Shown piece after piece: positions 21,050-29,921 of a stretch of DNA of 49,738 nucleotides. The position numbers and the translations under genes were made by a program. Below the pieces are notes generated by a model. It was not told where the DNA came from, searched no databases, and was given only the letters and a program-made list of their open reading frames with translations. Each line of letters begins with the position of its first letter. Within the stretch, counting starts at the first letter, position 1. Source of the DNA: an actinobacterium acAMD-2 (GTDB lineage: Bacteria; Actinomycetota; Actinomycetes; UBA12327); contig JNSE01000021.1 of the NCBI GenBank assembly GCA_000754455.1, forward strand, positions 1 to 49,738, given 5' to 3'.

Positions 21050-21876
21050 TCCTTCTTAGGTCCGCCAAAGCGCGCCATCAAAGCCTCGTCCATGCCGAAC
21101 TCGGCCATCAGCTCACTCATGTGCGTCATGGTGACTTCTTCTGCGCCTTTGCCCTTGGCATATGTCTCAACCTGGGTCATGACCATTTCCCGAACCATGG
21201 GTGGAATCTGCATTAAGCCTTCCATCGAGTCCTTGTCCCAGTGCATCGTTGGGTCAATACTCTCCGCCTGAATGCCACGGGGGGTTTCCTTCAGACCAAA
21301 GCTCACCACATCGCTGGGGATGGCATAGAAATACTCGAACCGATTTTCGTCGCCCAAACCAATGGGCAGGTTCATCGCCGGGATGCGGTCTGCGCGACTC
21401 ATCTTTTCCAAACCCTCATCCATGATGATGGCCTTGATGTCGGCGTAAACAATTCCGCTGCTCTTGTCCAACTCAACGATGCGATCAACCGTGCATTCCA
21501 TGATCTGTGGCGCTTGCTCAAGGCTAGGCGGCTTGACATAGCGAGAAGGAATCGCGGTGAAGCGAGTGTGCTCCAACTCGTTGACGCCCTCAGGATAAAA
21601 GCGCGCTGTTTCCATCAAGTCTTCGAGGTATTCCGATGATGGGCAGTTAATGACAAACTCGCCCGTTGCCTTGATGTTTTTGAACGTGTGCGAATCCTGG
21701 CGAAATCCCATCATCATCTGGGGAGTCTTGGCCATCACGTCATATTGCATGATGTGTGAATAGGGAGCAGCGTTCACGCGACCGTCTTTGTCCATCGTGG
21801 TGATCACGGTGATGAGCTTGGGAAAGATCCAGGCATCTGAATACCAAAACGGACGGATGGGAATTTCTTCCTTCAC
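21046..21876 (-). CDS. Flavin-reductase-like (flavoredoxin/DIM6-NtaB split-barrel) protein fused to a C-terminal PCP_red-like domain
   Basis: VITTMDKDGRVNAAPYS, SHTFKNIKATGEFVIN, PSRYVKPPSL..APQIMEC; tail W.KDSMEGLMQIPPMVREMV...YAKGKGAEEVT. Start reset to GTG 21876 with AAGGAG RBS. Confidence 0.8.
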   Translation of the reverse strand: MKEEIPIRPFWYSDAWIFPKLITVITTMDKDGRVNAAPYSHIMQYDVMAKTPQMMMGFRQDSHTFKNIKATGEFVINCPSSEYLEDLMETARFYPEGVNELEHTRFTAIPSRYVKPPSLEQAPQIMECTVDRIVELDKSSGIVYADIKAIIMDEGLEKMSRADRIPAMNLPIGLGDENRFEYFYAIPSDVVSFGLKETPRGIQAESIDPTMHWDKDSMEGLMQIPPMVREMVMTQVETYAKGKGAEEVTMTHMSELMAEFGMDEALMARFGGPKKD

Positions 21877-22037
21877 AACAACTCCTTTAGCGCTCCCCGA
21901 TGATGTGGCAAGTGTGCCCTGTTCAGCGAGACCTGTCATCTGCAGTGCGTGCAAACGCCACCAATCCGCCTGCCTCAAGCCATAATTGGCAGGTGAACAC
22001 CGGATATGCCGCTGCCTCCCGAGACCTCGGGCGCGAA

Positions 22038-23084
22038 GTGGTCAAGATTGAACGCGAACTGGTCCACTTCTTTTACCCAGTGGTTGCCGGCGTCACCGTC
22101 TTGGTGGCCGTGATCGTGTGCGACAAGCTGGAGAGCCCGCAGTTAGCGATCCCCTTCGCCATTGGGGCCACGCTTACTCCGCTTGCATCCACCAGGGAAC
22201 CGTCACCGCGCCGAACCTTTACCTATCTGTGGGCCTTGGTCTGGATCACCCTTTCCGTTCTCCTGGGAAGCTTGCTGTCGCGCGATGCATTTGCCTTTGC
22301 CCTCATCGGAATTGTCGTGTCGGGTCTGTATGGAATTGCCTGTGGACTAGTCGGGCGCATCAGCGCAAACGCACGAATCATCGGCGTGCTTTCTTTAGTC
22401 TTCTTTGCCATCTACTTGGGTTCTCCGGAGACGCGGCTAGGTGCGCTAGAGAGCACGGCCATGGTGGCCTTAGGCGGCTTCTTGCAAATCGGGGTCTTGA
22501 CCTTGCTCAGTCTTCGCCGCGAACCACCCAGTACGTGGGCTATCTCCGCTGTCACGTCATCTGCTCTGCAGAGATTGCGCGATGGCTTGTCGTGGGATGA
22601 GCGCTACGTCCGGCATGCACTGCGGCTCGGCGCTGCCATGGCGACAGGTACCGCTCTGGCGCTTTTCCTCGCCCACACCTTTTCCTGGCCCCACCAATAT
22701 TGGCTTCCGATGACCATCGCATGGATCCTGCTCCCCGACGCCCAAGCGACGACGACGAAGACTGCATCGCGCATCCTCGGAACTTTCATTGGGGTGGGCC
22801 TCATCGCCATCGTGGTGGGTGTAATTCTTGGCGCCGAGCCATCGCTGCTTCAAAGCGCGCTGATCGCTGGCTTTGGCGCCTTTTTGATGCTCGCCTTCAT
22901 CTTCGCCAACTACACCGCAACAACCACTGGGATTACGATTTTCGCGATGACCATTTTTACTTTGGTCGAGGATCCCCTCAATTCGACACTTCCCTATCGA
23001 CTAGCCCTTACTGTTATGGCTGGCGCCATTGCACTGACGTTTGCTCAGTTCTGGCGCGATGAATCCGTACCCACGCAAGTGTGA
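22038..23084 (+). CDS. FUSC family membrane protein (aromatic acid exporter-like)
   Basis: Hydrophobic; RHALR, HQYWLPMTIAWILLP, RILGTFIGV motifs of FUSC_2. Start GTG 22038 inferred. Confidence 0.8.
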   Translation: MVKIERELVHFFYPVVAGVTVLVAVIVCDKLESPQLAIPFAIGATLTPLASTREPSPRRTFTYLWALVWITLSVLLGSLLSRDAFAFALIGIVVSGLYGIACGLVGRISANARIIGVLSLVFFAIYLGSPETRLGALESTAMVALGGFLQIGVLTLLSLRREPPSTWAISAVTSSALQRLRDGLSWDERYVRHALRLGAAMATGTALALFLAHTFSWPHQYWLPMTIAWILLPDAQATTTKTASRILGTFIGVGLIAIVVGVILGAEPSLLQSALIAGFGAFLMLAFIFANYTATTTGITIFAMTIFTLVEDPLNSTLPYRLALTVMAGAIALTFAQFWRDESVPTQV

Positions 23085-23095
23085 GGAGAACCTCG

Positions 23096-23962
23096 GTGTT
23101 TGGACGTAAGAAAGACGAAGCCTTCGTCTCAAGCCCAATGCGCGACAACTGGTATCAATCCAGTTCGTACTGGCCCTCATCATTTGCCCTGGTCACCACT
23201 GTTGATGAGGATGGCAACACCAACATCGGGCCGTACCAACTCAGCTTCCCGTTTGAGATCATCACCGGGCGATCGTTCTTGGTTATCAGCCGACAAAACT
23301 CCAATACTGACCAAAACATCAAGCGCACCGGTAAAGCCGCGATGAACTTTGTCGAATTCGATCGCAAGACGTTGTCGAAAATTGTCGGAATGGGTTACCC
23401 CGGGCAGTTGACCAACGAAAAGATGAAGGACAACCCCTACACGCTGATTCCCAGTCCCACCCCGGGGCGCGAGCCTGACGGCAAAGTCATGCCACACATT
23501 CTCAAAGAGGCATTCCAGGTTTATGAAGTCACCTGGGATGACCAGCAGCCCATCCGCGATGACGGCAAGACCCCGGAGTACTTCGTTCTTCGCATCGAAA
23601 ACATCCTTCTGAAGGAACAGTGGGCTGACAACCTCGCCAATGGCACGAAGAAGATGCCACGCATGCCCATCACCTTTGGGTTCCGCGATGGTGGGAAGTT
23701 TTGGTTCGCCGAACTCAAGAAACCCTTTTGGATCCCCACTCCGACGGACAAGGGACCTAAAGAAGAGGCGATCTTGTACGAGGCCAATCGCATTGACCCG
23801 GAGATCCAATTCACCCGTGATGCGTGCAAGCAACTCACCGGCATCCCTCGACCCTTCGTCAAGACGGCCCTAAAGGGAATCGTGAAGCAGGCTAAGGAAC
23901 AAGGCGTCACCCTGGTGGATGAGGAATTCGTCACCAAGATCAACGCCGAGCGAAACGCTTAA
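23096..23962 (+). CDS. Second flavin-reductase-like protein fused to a PCP_red-like C-terminal domain
   Basis: LVTTVDEDGNTNIGPY, SNTDQNIKRTGKAAMN; tail FTRDACKQLTGIPRPFVKTALKGIVKQAKEQGVTLVD. GAGGAG RBS before GTG 23096. Confidence 0.72.
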   Translation: MFGRKKDEAFVSSPMRDNWYQSSSYWPSSFALVTTVDEDGNTNIGPYQLSFPFEIITGRSFLVISRQNSNTDQNIKRTGKAAMNFVEFDRKTLSKIVGMGYPGQLTNEKMKDNPYTLIPSPTPGREPDGKVMPHILKEAFQVYEVTWDDQQPIRDDGKTPEYFVLRIENILLKEQWADNLANGTKKMPRMPITFGFRDGGKFWFAELKKPFWIPTPTDKGPKEEAILYEANRIDPEIQFTRDACKQLTGIPRPFVKTALKGIVKQAKEQGVTLVDEEFVTKINAERNA

Positions 23963-24115
23963 CCATCATTGGGGAACATCCCAACGATGGTTTTGTAGAG
24001 CTGAGGGGAACCGTCGAACGCTACGCGTTCTCCTCCCAAATCCCCGCCACTTCATCTCCACCAAAAAACCATCATTGGGGAACATCCCAACGATGGTTTT
24101 GTGGAGCTGAGGGGA
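23961..24115. repeat. 49-bp direct repeat (23961-24009 and 24067-24115, one mismatch) covering the tRNA-Ala 3' end and its terminator; att-like
   Basis: AACCATCATTGGGGAACATCCCAACGATGGTTTTGT(A/G)GAGCTGAGGGGA occurs twice, 106 bp apart. Confidence 0.92.
24063..24100 (-). terminator. Intrinsic terminator after tRNA-Ala; the copy at 23961-23994 probably terminates the plus-strand gene
   Basis: 15-bp arms 24065-24079 and 24086-24100 (one G-U pair on the minus strand), 6-nt loop, U-tract. Confidence 0.8.
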
Positions 24116-24175
24116 TTTGAACCCCTGACCCCCTCGTTGCGAACGAGGTGCGCTACCGAACTGCGCCACAGCCCC
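24102..24175 (-). tRNA. tRNA-Ala(CGC)
   Basis: GGGGCTGTGGCGCAGTTCGGTAGCGCACCTCGTTCGCAACGAGGGGGTCAGGGGTTCAAATCCCCTCAGCTCCA: G3-U70 pair, anticodon CGC. Confidence 0.96.
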
Positions 24176-24250
24176 TTGGAACTGCCGAAGGTTAGCACCG
24201 AGTCAGTTAATGCAGGAAGGGCGGATCACACCCCCAACGTCACGGGCGCG

Positions 24251-25270
24251 TTATTCGTTGACAGCGCGGCGACGTGGCGAGTAACGCCGAGCGTCTTCTT
24301 CGACCAACTGCTCTGCAGTGGTGGAGTCAAAATCGGCGGCAAACATTTCGCGGTCAAAGATGGCATCGCGGTCAGGGGCACCGGCCGTAGCGCGGGACCA
24401 GACATCTTCGGCCACCGGTGCATCGAGTTCACGTAGGTCTTCGGCTTCGGCGGCCCGGGTTTCGGCCACGTGGTCCAGCATTCCCTGAGCGCTCCAGCCA
24501 CCTTCGTGGCGGCGGTCAATCTCGCGGGGAACCATCGTGGCCGGCGGGGCGGTGACATAACGGGGAACCGGGATAGGCGTGGGGTCCCAGCCCACCTGCT
24601 CAGACTCACGAACACCCTGGGCCCGAGCAGTCGCGGCGCGATCCGTGCGAATCTGTGGAGTTTGTGTCGATCCCACACGATCACGACGAACGTTCGGTGC
24701 CTCAGCACTTCGTTCCCGTTGCGTGTCACGCAATTGCGCACGACGTTGCGACTCACGTTGACGTTGTTGCGCCGATGCTTGCACCACCATCAAGGCAATA
24801 AAAGTGCCACCTGCAACGAACGCAAGCAGAGGCACCCACCCTGGGAACAATCCAACAGCAAAACCTAAAGCCGCAAACAAAACGACCGCAGCAAGACCAT
24901 ACAATGTTTTGCGTCGACGATTATGTGATGCGCCGGCTCGCTCAACAGAACGTTCGCGTGGAGTCTGCGGTGCAGTTCGTGGAGCCGCGCGCGAAATTAA
25001 AAGTTCAGGAGCAGGCAATTGCACGGGGCGTTTAGTGGGCTTGATGAAAGCCGATTGAGCGCTTTGTTCAGAAGCTTCAGGAACGCCCAGCAACTGGTTC
25101 TCGCGTGAGGTGGTGCGCGCGGTCGGGCGGCGAGACAAGATCTTCATGGCTGAGCTAAAACGGTCAACGCTTCGGGACTCTGTTTCAGCATCGTGACGAC
25201 GAAGCCACATGGGAACGAGGACACCCGCCCACAGTGCCACGATCACGGCATAGACGAGTCCACTTCCCAC
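24251..25270 (-). CDS. sepX: Divisome membrane protein GlpR/SepX family
   Basis: GSGLVYAVIVALWAGVLVPMWLRR, RSVDRFSSAMKILSRR, RRRKTL plus TM pair, WDPTPIPVPRYVTAP, terminal RRAVNE; synteny with GNAT-moeA-galU. Confidence 0.85.
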   Translation of the reverse strand: MGSGLVYAVIVALWAGVLVPMWLRRHDAETESRSVDRFSSAMKILSRRPTARTTSRENQLLGVPEASEQSAQSAFIKPTKRPVQLPAPELLISRAAPRTAPQTPRERSVERAGASHNRRRKTLYGLAAVVLFAALGFAVGLFPGWVPLLAFVAGGTFIALMVVQASAQQRQRESQRRAQLRDTQRERSAEAPNVRRDRVGSTQTPQIRTDRAATARAQGVRESEQVGWDPTPIPVPRYVTAPPATMVPREIDRRHEGGWSAQGMLDHVAETRAAEAEDLRELDAPVAEDVWSRATAGAPDRDAIFDREMFAADFDSTTAEQLVEEDARRYSPRRRAVNE

Positions 25271-25362
25271 AGGCACAAAACTACGGCGTTTTCTGGGCTC
25301 TAGGCCTGATCAGAGGCGGTGTGTCGCGATTTGTCCGCTTTCGAAAAATTGATGCAGCGACC

Positions 25363-25962
25363 TCACGCGAGAGTGGATTTCCATCGTGCGAGGAGTCCAG
25401 CAGGAACCACTTCTTCGCGAGTCACGACATAGGTCATGTGGTCGCGCCAGTCACCATCGATGTGTAAATAGGCACGACGAACGCCTTCGTAGCGCAGTCC
25501 CAGCTTCTCGACAACGCGCAAACTAGCCGAGTTTTCCGGGCGGATGTGGATCTCGACTCGGTGCAAACCCAGTCCGATAAAGCAGTGGTCGATGGCTAAC
25601 GCGACGGCCGTGGGGGTGATGCCTCGACCGGCTACTCGTTGATCAATCCAATACCCAAGGTGAGCCATCGACGCTGATCCATGAGTGATCCCGGCCACCG
25701 TGAGCTGACCGACAAAAGCCCCGTCCAAGGTGATCGCAAAGGGGAGGCAACGACCGGCCCGGGCTTCGGCGCGAAGGCGACCGACCATTTGGCTATAGGT
25801 GGGCAGCAGCCCTATCTCGTTAGGAGGCGCGGTGGCTTCCCAGGGGCGAAGCCAATCGTCATTGCGCGAGCGCACCTCACGCCAAGCCGCCACGTCGCTG
25901 CGTTTGATCGGCCGCAATCCCACCGGTCCGTCCTGCAAGGTGACAGGCCAACGATCGCTCAT
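25363..25962 (-). CDS. RimJ-like GNAT N-acetyltransferase
   Basis: WLRPWEAT, LGYWID..AGRG, LHRVEI.IRPEN.ASLRVVEKLG, HIDGDWRDH. Confidence 0.92.
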   Translation of the reverse strand: MSDRWPVTLQDGPVGLRPIKRSDVAAWREVRSRNDDWLRPWEATAPPNEIGLLPTYSQMVGRLRAEARAGRCLPFAITLDGAFVGQLTVAGITHGSASMAHLGYWIDQRVAGRGITPTAVALAIDHCFIGLGLHRVEIHIRPENSASLRVVEKLGLRYEGVRRAYLHIDGDWRDHMTYVVTREEVVPAGLLARWKSTLA

Positions 25963-27182
25963 GCGTGGCGTCGTTCTAACACCACGACATCCACTGTCGC
26001 ATCAACTCCGGCTTTACCCACTCCTTCAGGAATGATCAACAACGCATTCGATTGAGACGATGCGATCAATGCGTGCTCACGATCGGCTGTAGGTCGCACT
26101 GCGTACACGCCGTCTTCGACATCAAGGTTTGCCGGAATGAAACTGCGCGCGTTGACCTGCGTATCAACATCACCTTTGAGCAGCGCTCTGACGATGGGTT
26201 GATGTACGGGCTCAAGTCCGAGCATGCGTCGAACCACTGGCCGCAAAATCATTTCAATGGAAACAAACGCTGCAGCCGGTTCGCACGGCACGATGATGAC
26301 GGGGATGGAGTCCGGCCCCACCCGGCCATGCCCCACCACGGAAATCGGCTCGGCGGACACGTCGGTGAACTCCACGCCGCCCACGCGATTGAGAACATCG
26401 CGTACCACGCCACGGGTGCGGGCTCCCGCGCCGTCAATGAGGACCACGAGGTCAGCGCGAACCAGTTGATCCTCAATCGTGGCGGCCAAGGTGCGCGCAT
26501 CAGTGGGTAAGGCAGGTATTCGGAAGGCCAAAGCACCAGCATCTCGTAGGGCCGCGGTCACTAAAGAGCCTGCGGATTCACTGACCTGTCCCGCGCCTAA
26601 CGCGTGCCCTGGTTCAACGAGTTCGGAGCCAACCGGGATCACCACTACACGCGGTCGCGGATTGACCGAAACGCGATCTGACCCCGCGGCAGCAATGAGT
26701 CCAAGGTGTGAGGATCGCAGTCGCGTATGAGCTGGAACCAACACCATCGACTTGCCGAGCACTCCACCAGCAGGAATGACAAAACTTTCTTGCGTCGGTG
26801 CCTGCTTAATGCTGACGCGAGCCACACCACCATCGGTCCACTCCGTGGGGATTACATACTCGGTGCCTTCGGGAATAGCAGAGCCAGCAGTAATGCGAGC
26901 ACCGAAACCAGACTGCACAGAAACTGCAGACGCGTCACCGGGGACGACATCGGCAACGATGGGCACTACGACAGGTGAGTCAGCTGAGGCACCTTGAACA
27001 TCGACCAACCGCACGCAATAACCATCGACTGAGGCGATCGCAACGGCGGGCACATCCACAGCGGAGACAACATCCGAAGCAACCGAACAACCCATGGCCT
27101 CGAGCAACGGAATCTCCAGCGACTCCAACGGTTTTACAGAGTCCACTATCGAGGAGACGAAAGCGTCAAAGCTTGCGCTCAT
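25959..27182 (-). CDS. glp: Gephyrin-like MoeA/Glp protein with degenerate catalytic motifs
   Basis: Four-domain MoeA layout (DGYCVR, RITAGSAIPEG, RPRVVVI..GSEL, QLVRADLVV); position between galU and GNAT/glpR. Confidence 0.82.
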   Translation of the reverse strand: MSASFDAFVSSIVDSVKPLESLEIPLLEAMGCSVASDVVSAVDVPAVAIASVDGYCVRLVDVQGASADSPVVVPIVADVVPGDASAVSVQSGFGARITAGSAIPEGTEYVIPTEWTDGGVARVSIKQAPTQESFVIPAGGVLGKSMVLVPAHTRLRSSHLGLIAAAGSDRVSVNPRPRVVVIPVGSELVEPGHALGAGQVSESAGSLVTAALRDAGALAFRIPALPTDARTLAATIEDQLVRADLVVLIDGAGARTRGVVRDVLNRVGGVEFTDVSAEPISVVGHGRVGPDSIPVIIVPCEPAAAFVSIEMILRPVVRRMLGLEPVHQPIVRALLKGDVDTQVNARSFIPANLDVEDGVYAVRPTADREHALIASSQSNALLIIPEGVGKAGVDATVDVVVLERRHA

Positions 27183-28084
27183 CCGCTGGAGTCCTGACGC
27201 ACGAAATCGCGCAGCCAGTGGCTGAAGGCCGGTCCTAGATCTTGATGTTCCATGGCCAATTGGACGACGGCCTTGAGGTATTCCAAGCGATCGCCGGTGT
27301 CATAGCGCCGACCACTGAAGACCACACCCGTTAGACCCCCGCCAGCACCATCGAATCCTCGAGTTGCGAGCACATCGAGAGCATCCGTGAGTTGAATCTC
27401 ACCACCGCGACCAGGAGGTGTCGCCGCCAAGACATCAAAGACTGCAGGATCGAGCACGTAGCGTCCGATGACGGCTAAGTCGCTGGGAGCATCATCAACC
27501 GCAGGCTTTTCCACCAGGCCATCAATGGTCACTGCATCACCGATGAGCTCGCCGACTTTGGCAGAGCCATACTTTGAAATTTCGGACTCAGGAACGCGCA
27601 TCAAAGCCACGACGCTGCCGCCTCGCTCGGCACGCACCTCGAGCATTCTTTGCAAGAGTGGATCACGAGCATCAATGAGGTCGTCACCGAGCAGGACAGC
27701 GAAAGGTTCATCTCCAACCACATCTTTGGCACACAACACTGCATGCCCCAAACCGCGCGGTTCGTCCTGGTCAACCGTGGAGACCTGTGCCAATTGCGAA
27801 GCAACGTGGACTCGCGCCAACAATTCGGCATTGCCGCTGCGTTCAAGGGCAGCTTCTAGATCCGGGTTGGGTTGAAAGTGAGCCAGCACCGAACTCTTGC
27901 TCGCATTCGTCACCAAGACGACCTGATCTAAGCCCGCGGCCGCTGCCTCTTCGACGACGTACTGCAGTGCGGGCTGGTCGACTACGGGCAAGAGCTCTTT
28001 GGGAACGGCTTTGGTGGCAGGCAGGAACCGCGTCCCTAGCCCAGCGGCTGGAATCACCGCCTTGCGCACTTGAGCACTCGTCAT
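27179..28084 (-). CDS. galU: UTP--glucose-1-phosphate uridylyltransferase
   Basis: KAVIPAAGLGTRFLPATKAVPKELLPVVD, GLGHAV, LGDD, VEKP, EIQLTDA, YDTG; ATG 28084 start. Confidence 0.97.
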   Translation of the reverse strand: MTSAQVRKAVIPAAGLGTRFLPATKAVPKELLPVVDQPALQYVVEEAAAAGLDQVVLVTNASKSSVLAHFQPNPDLEAALERSGNAELLARVHVASQLAQVSTVDQDEPRGLGHAVLCAKDVVGDEPFAVLLGDDLIDARDPLLQRMLEVRAERGGSVVALMRVPESEISKYGSAKVGELIGDAVTIDGLVEKPAVDDAPSDLAVIGRYVLDPAVFDVLAATPPGRGGEIQLTDALDVLATRGFDGAGGGLTGVVFSGRRYDTGDRLEYLKAVVQLAMEHQDLGPAFSHWLRDFVRQDSSG

Positions 28085-28119
28085 GGCACCGAGCCTACCG
28101 AGCGCAGTACCGTCAGGGC

Positions 28120-28755
28120 ATGAGCGAAGGCATGGAGGCGGCCACAATCGGTGCCCAAAAGAGCACTCTGCGTGATTCATTGCGGGCCCAACGTCACACA
28201 TTCGTGGCCTCGCATGCCGATGCACTTCACGACAGTGCGCTTGAGCTTGCTGAACGACTGGCTTGGTGGACGATGGTTCGGGGCGCAGGAACGGTTACGG
28301 CGTATGCCTCGCGTGGCGACGAACCACACACCGATGCCCTTCTTGATGCCATCAAGGCCCAAAGTGTTCGCGTGCTTCTCCCAGTGGTCACCTCTCCAAC
28401 GCAACTGCAGTGGAGTCCCTACCTTTCGTCAAGTGACCTCGAACTCAGCGAACGAGGAATCCGCGAACCGAACGGACCTCGATACGAATCCAACGTGCTT
28501 TCCGGCGTTGACTTGATGATCGTGCCGGCACTTGCCATAACCACCGACGGAGTGCGACTGGGTCAAGGTGGCGGGTATTACGACCGCGTGCTTTCGCTGG
28601 TTCGACCCGACGTGCCCATCATCGCCATGATTTACGACCACGAACTATTACCGGCCGGAGCCATTCCCCATGAGGCTCACGATGTTCGGGTGACCCACGT
28701 CTGCACCCCCAACGACGGCCTGCGCGCGGTGAAACCGGCTAGCGCAACGCCTTAA
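28120..28755 (+). CDS. 5-formyltetrahydrofolate cyclo-ligase
   Basis: KSTLR, EP.T, VLLPV, VPALA....G.RLGQGGGYYDR, PHEAHD; ATG 28120. Confidence 0.93.
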   Translation: MSEGMEAATIGAQKSTLRDSLRAQRHTFVASHADALHDSALELAERLAWWTMVRGAGTVTAYASRGDEPHTDALLDAIKAQSVRVLLPVVTSPTQLQWSPYLSSSDLELSERGIREPNGPRYESNVLSGVDLMIVPALAITTDGVRLGQGGGYYDRVLSLVRPDVPIIAMIYDHELLPAGAIPHEAHDVRVTHVCTPNDGLRAVKPASATP

Positions 28756-28867
28756 CGAGTCAAGGTCAGGGCGGGCATCAGCACCGAACCGGCTGTGGGG
28801 CATCATCGTGAGTAGTAAAAAGTGCAGCCCCGGCTGCAAGAGGTTCACCATCAGTCTTGGAGCGCAA

Positions 28868-29164
28868 GTGCCCACCTACGAATACGCATGTAATGCGTGT
28901 GGCCATCAGTTTGAAGCCGTGCAGTCCTTTAGCGACGATGCATTGACCTCATGCCCTCAGTGCCAAGGCGAATTGCGCAAACTCTTCTCTTCTGTTGGTG
29001 TGGTCTTCAAAGGCTCTGGTTTTTACCGCACGGATAGTCGTAGCAGCCAATCAGCCAGCGAAACAGCCACGCCCGCGGCTTCTAGCTCGACAAGCACCAC
29101 AGACTCCACACCTGCTAAGCCAGCCGATAAACCTGCACCGGCCGCACCATCTGGGGATGCTTAA
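28868..29164 (+). CDS. FmdB family zinc-ribbon protein (Rv0991c/Ruc-like)
   Basis: PTYEYACNACGH.FE..QSFSD..LT.CPQC.G.LRK.FS.VGVVFKGSGFYRTDSR plus low-complexity tail. Confidence 0.93.
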   Translation: MPTYEYACNACGHQFEAVQSFSDDALTSCPQCQGELRKLFSSVGVVFKGSGFYRTDSRSSQSASETATPAASSSTSTTDSTPAKPADKPAPAAPSGDA

Positions 29165-29230
29165 CCCCTGCGCTGACGCCGTCATTCCTCGGCCAGTCAC
29201 GATCATCTGAACCGCGCTTAGGTTTGGGCA

Positions 29231-29884
29231 ATGGCCGTCAGGATCGATCCTCGGGAGTACCTCGCCACTGCGATCATCGCGCTTCGGCGCTATTCCTCAC
29301 AACGCAATCGTCGGATCGTGGCAGCACTTTGTGCTGTGTTCGCGGTGTTCCTCACACTTTCCAACCCCGAGGGTTCAGGGCAACAACGATCCGTGGTTGT
29401 CGCGCAGCGAGCCATTTCCGCTGGTGAAGTTCTCCGCCTTACCGACCTCACAACAGTGACGGTCTCCGGTGCACCATTGCCTCAGTCATTGACCGATCCC
29501 GTGGCCGGCGCCGGCCAACGTGCCGCTATTCCCATCCCTGCTGGCGGATTGATCACCACTAACCAACTCATCGGACCCGGACTGCTCGACAACGATCAAT
29601 ACGCGCTGGTGCCGCTACGACTGTCCGATGTGTCCCTGAGCAGCGTTCTGTCTGTGGGCGACTGGATCGACATCTTTGCGACCAAGGAAGGCAAAGAGTC
29701 GTCCCTGGTTGCATCCCGAGTGCGAGTGGCCGCGCTGCCACGTCGCACGACCAGCACAGGATTCGCCTCTACTTCAACAGAAAACTCCGTGGTACTCGTT
29801 GCCATCGTTCGCTCGCTCGCTGGGATGCTTGCTAGTGCTGGAGCTTCCGAGCAACTTTCGATCGCTATCCGCGCTTCTGACTAA
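29231..29884 (+). CDS. SAF-domain / RcpC-CpaB-like protein (Rv0990c-like)
   Basis: N-terminal TM, VVVAQRAISAGEVL, VGDWIDIFA; between FmdB and mscL. Confidence 0.8.
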   Translation: MAVRIDPREYLATAIIALRRYSSQRNRRIVAALCAVFAVFLTLSNPEGSGQQRSVVVAQRAISAGEVLRLTDLTTVTVSGAPLPQSLTDPVAGAGQRAAIPIPAGGLITTNQLIGPGLLDNDQYALVPLRLSDVSLSSVLSVGDWIDIFATKEGKESSLVASRVRVAALPRRTTSTGFASTSTENSVVLVAIVRSLAGMLASAGASEQLSIAIRASD

Positions 29885-29921
29885 TCCAGCAGACACTTCG
29901 CGCTAACGTGGCAACACATTC

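Noticed and set aside
21046-23962. PCP_red domains as evidence of (bacterio)chlorophyll synthesis
   Set aside because: No bchL/N/B catalytic domains or other photosynthesis genes in the window; the domain is known to occur outside DPOR
23961-24115. Possible mini-CRISPR (palindromic repeat-spacer-repeat)
   Set aside because: Only two units, the repeat contains the tRNA 3' end and terminator, and no cas genes are present; att-like duplication is the simpler explanation
24226-24756. 176-aa alternative-frame ORF inside sepX/glpR
   Set aside because: Same strand, shifted frame, within a low-complexity GC-rich region; no independent evidence
25315-25330. GACAC (WhiA-type) motif upstream of sepX
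   Set aside because: A single 5-mer is expected by chance; cannot be supported without conservation data
27787-28225. Long overlapping N-termini of galU and the cyclo-ligase
   Set aside because: Both genes have better starts (28084 and 28120) with divergent -10 boxes; the extensions are not homologous to anything recognisable
28790-28840. CIRCE/HrcA operator expected upstream of the Rv0991c-like gene
   Set aside because: Only a partial right half (GAGTAGTAA) and no TTAGCACTC left half; a TGCAGCC/GGCTGCA hairpin is present but unexplained
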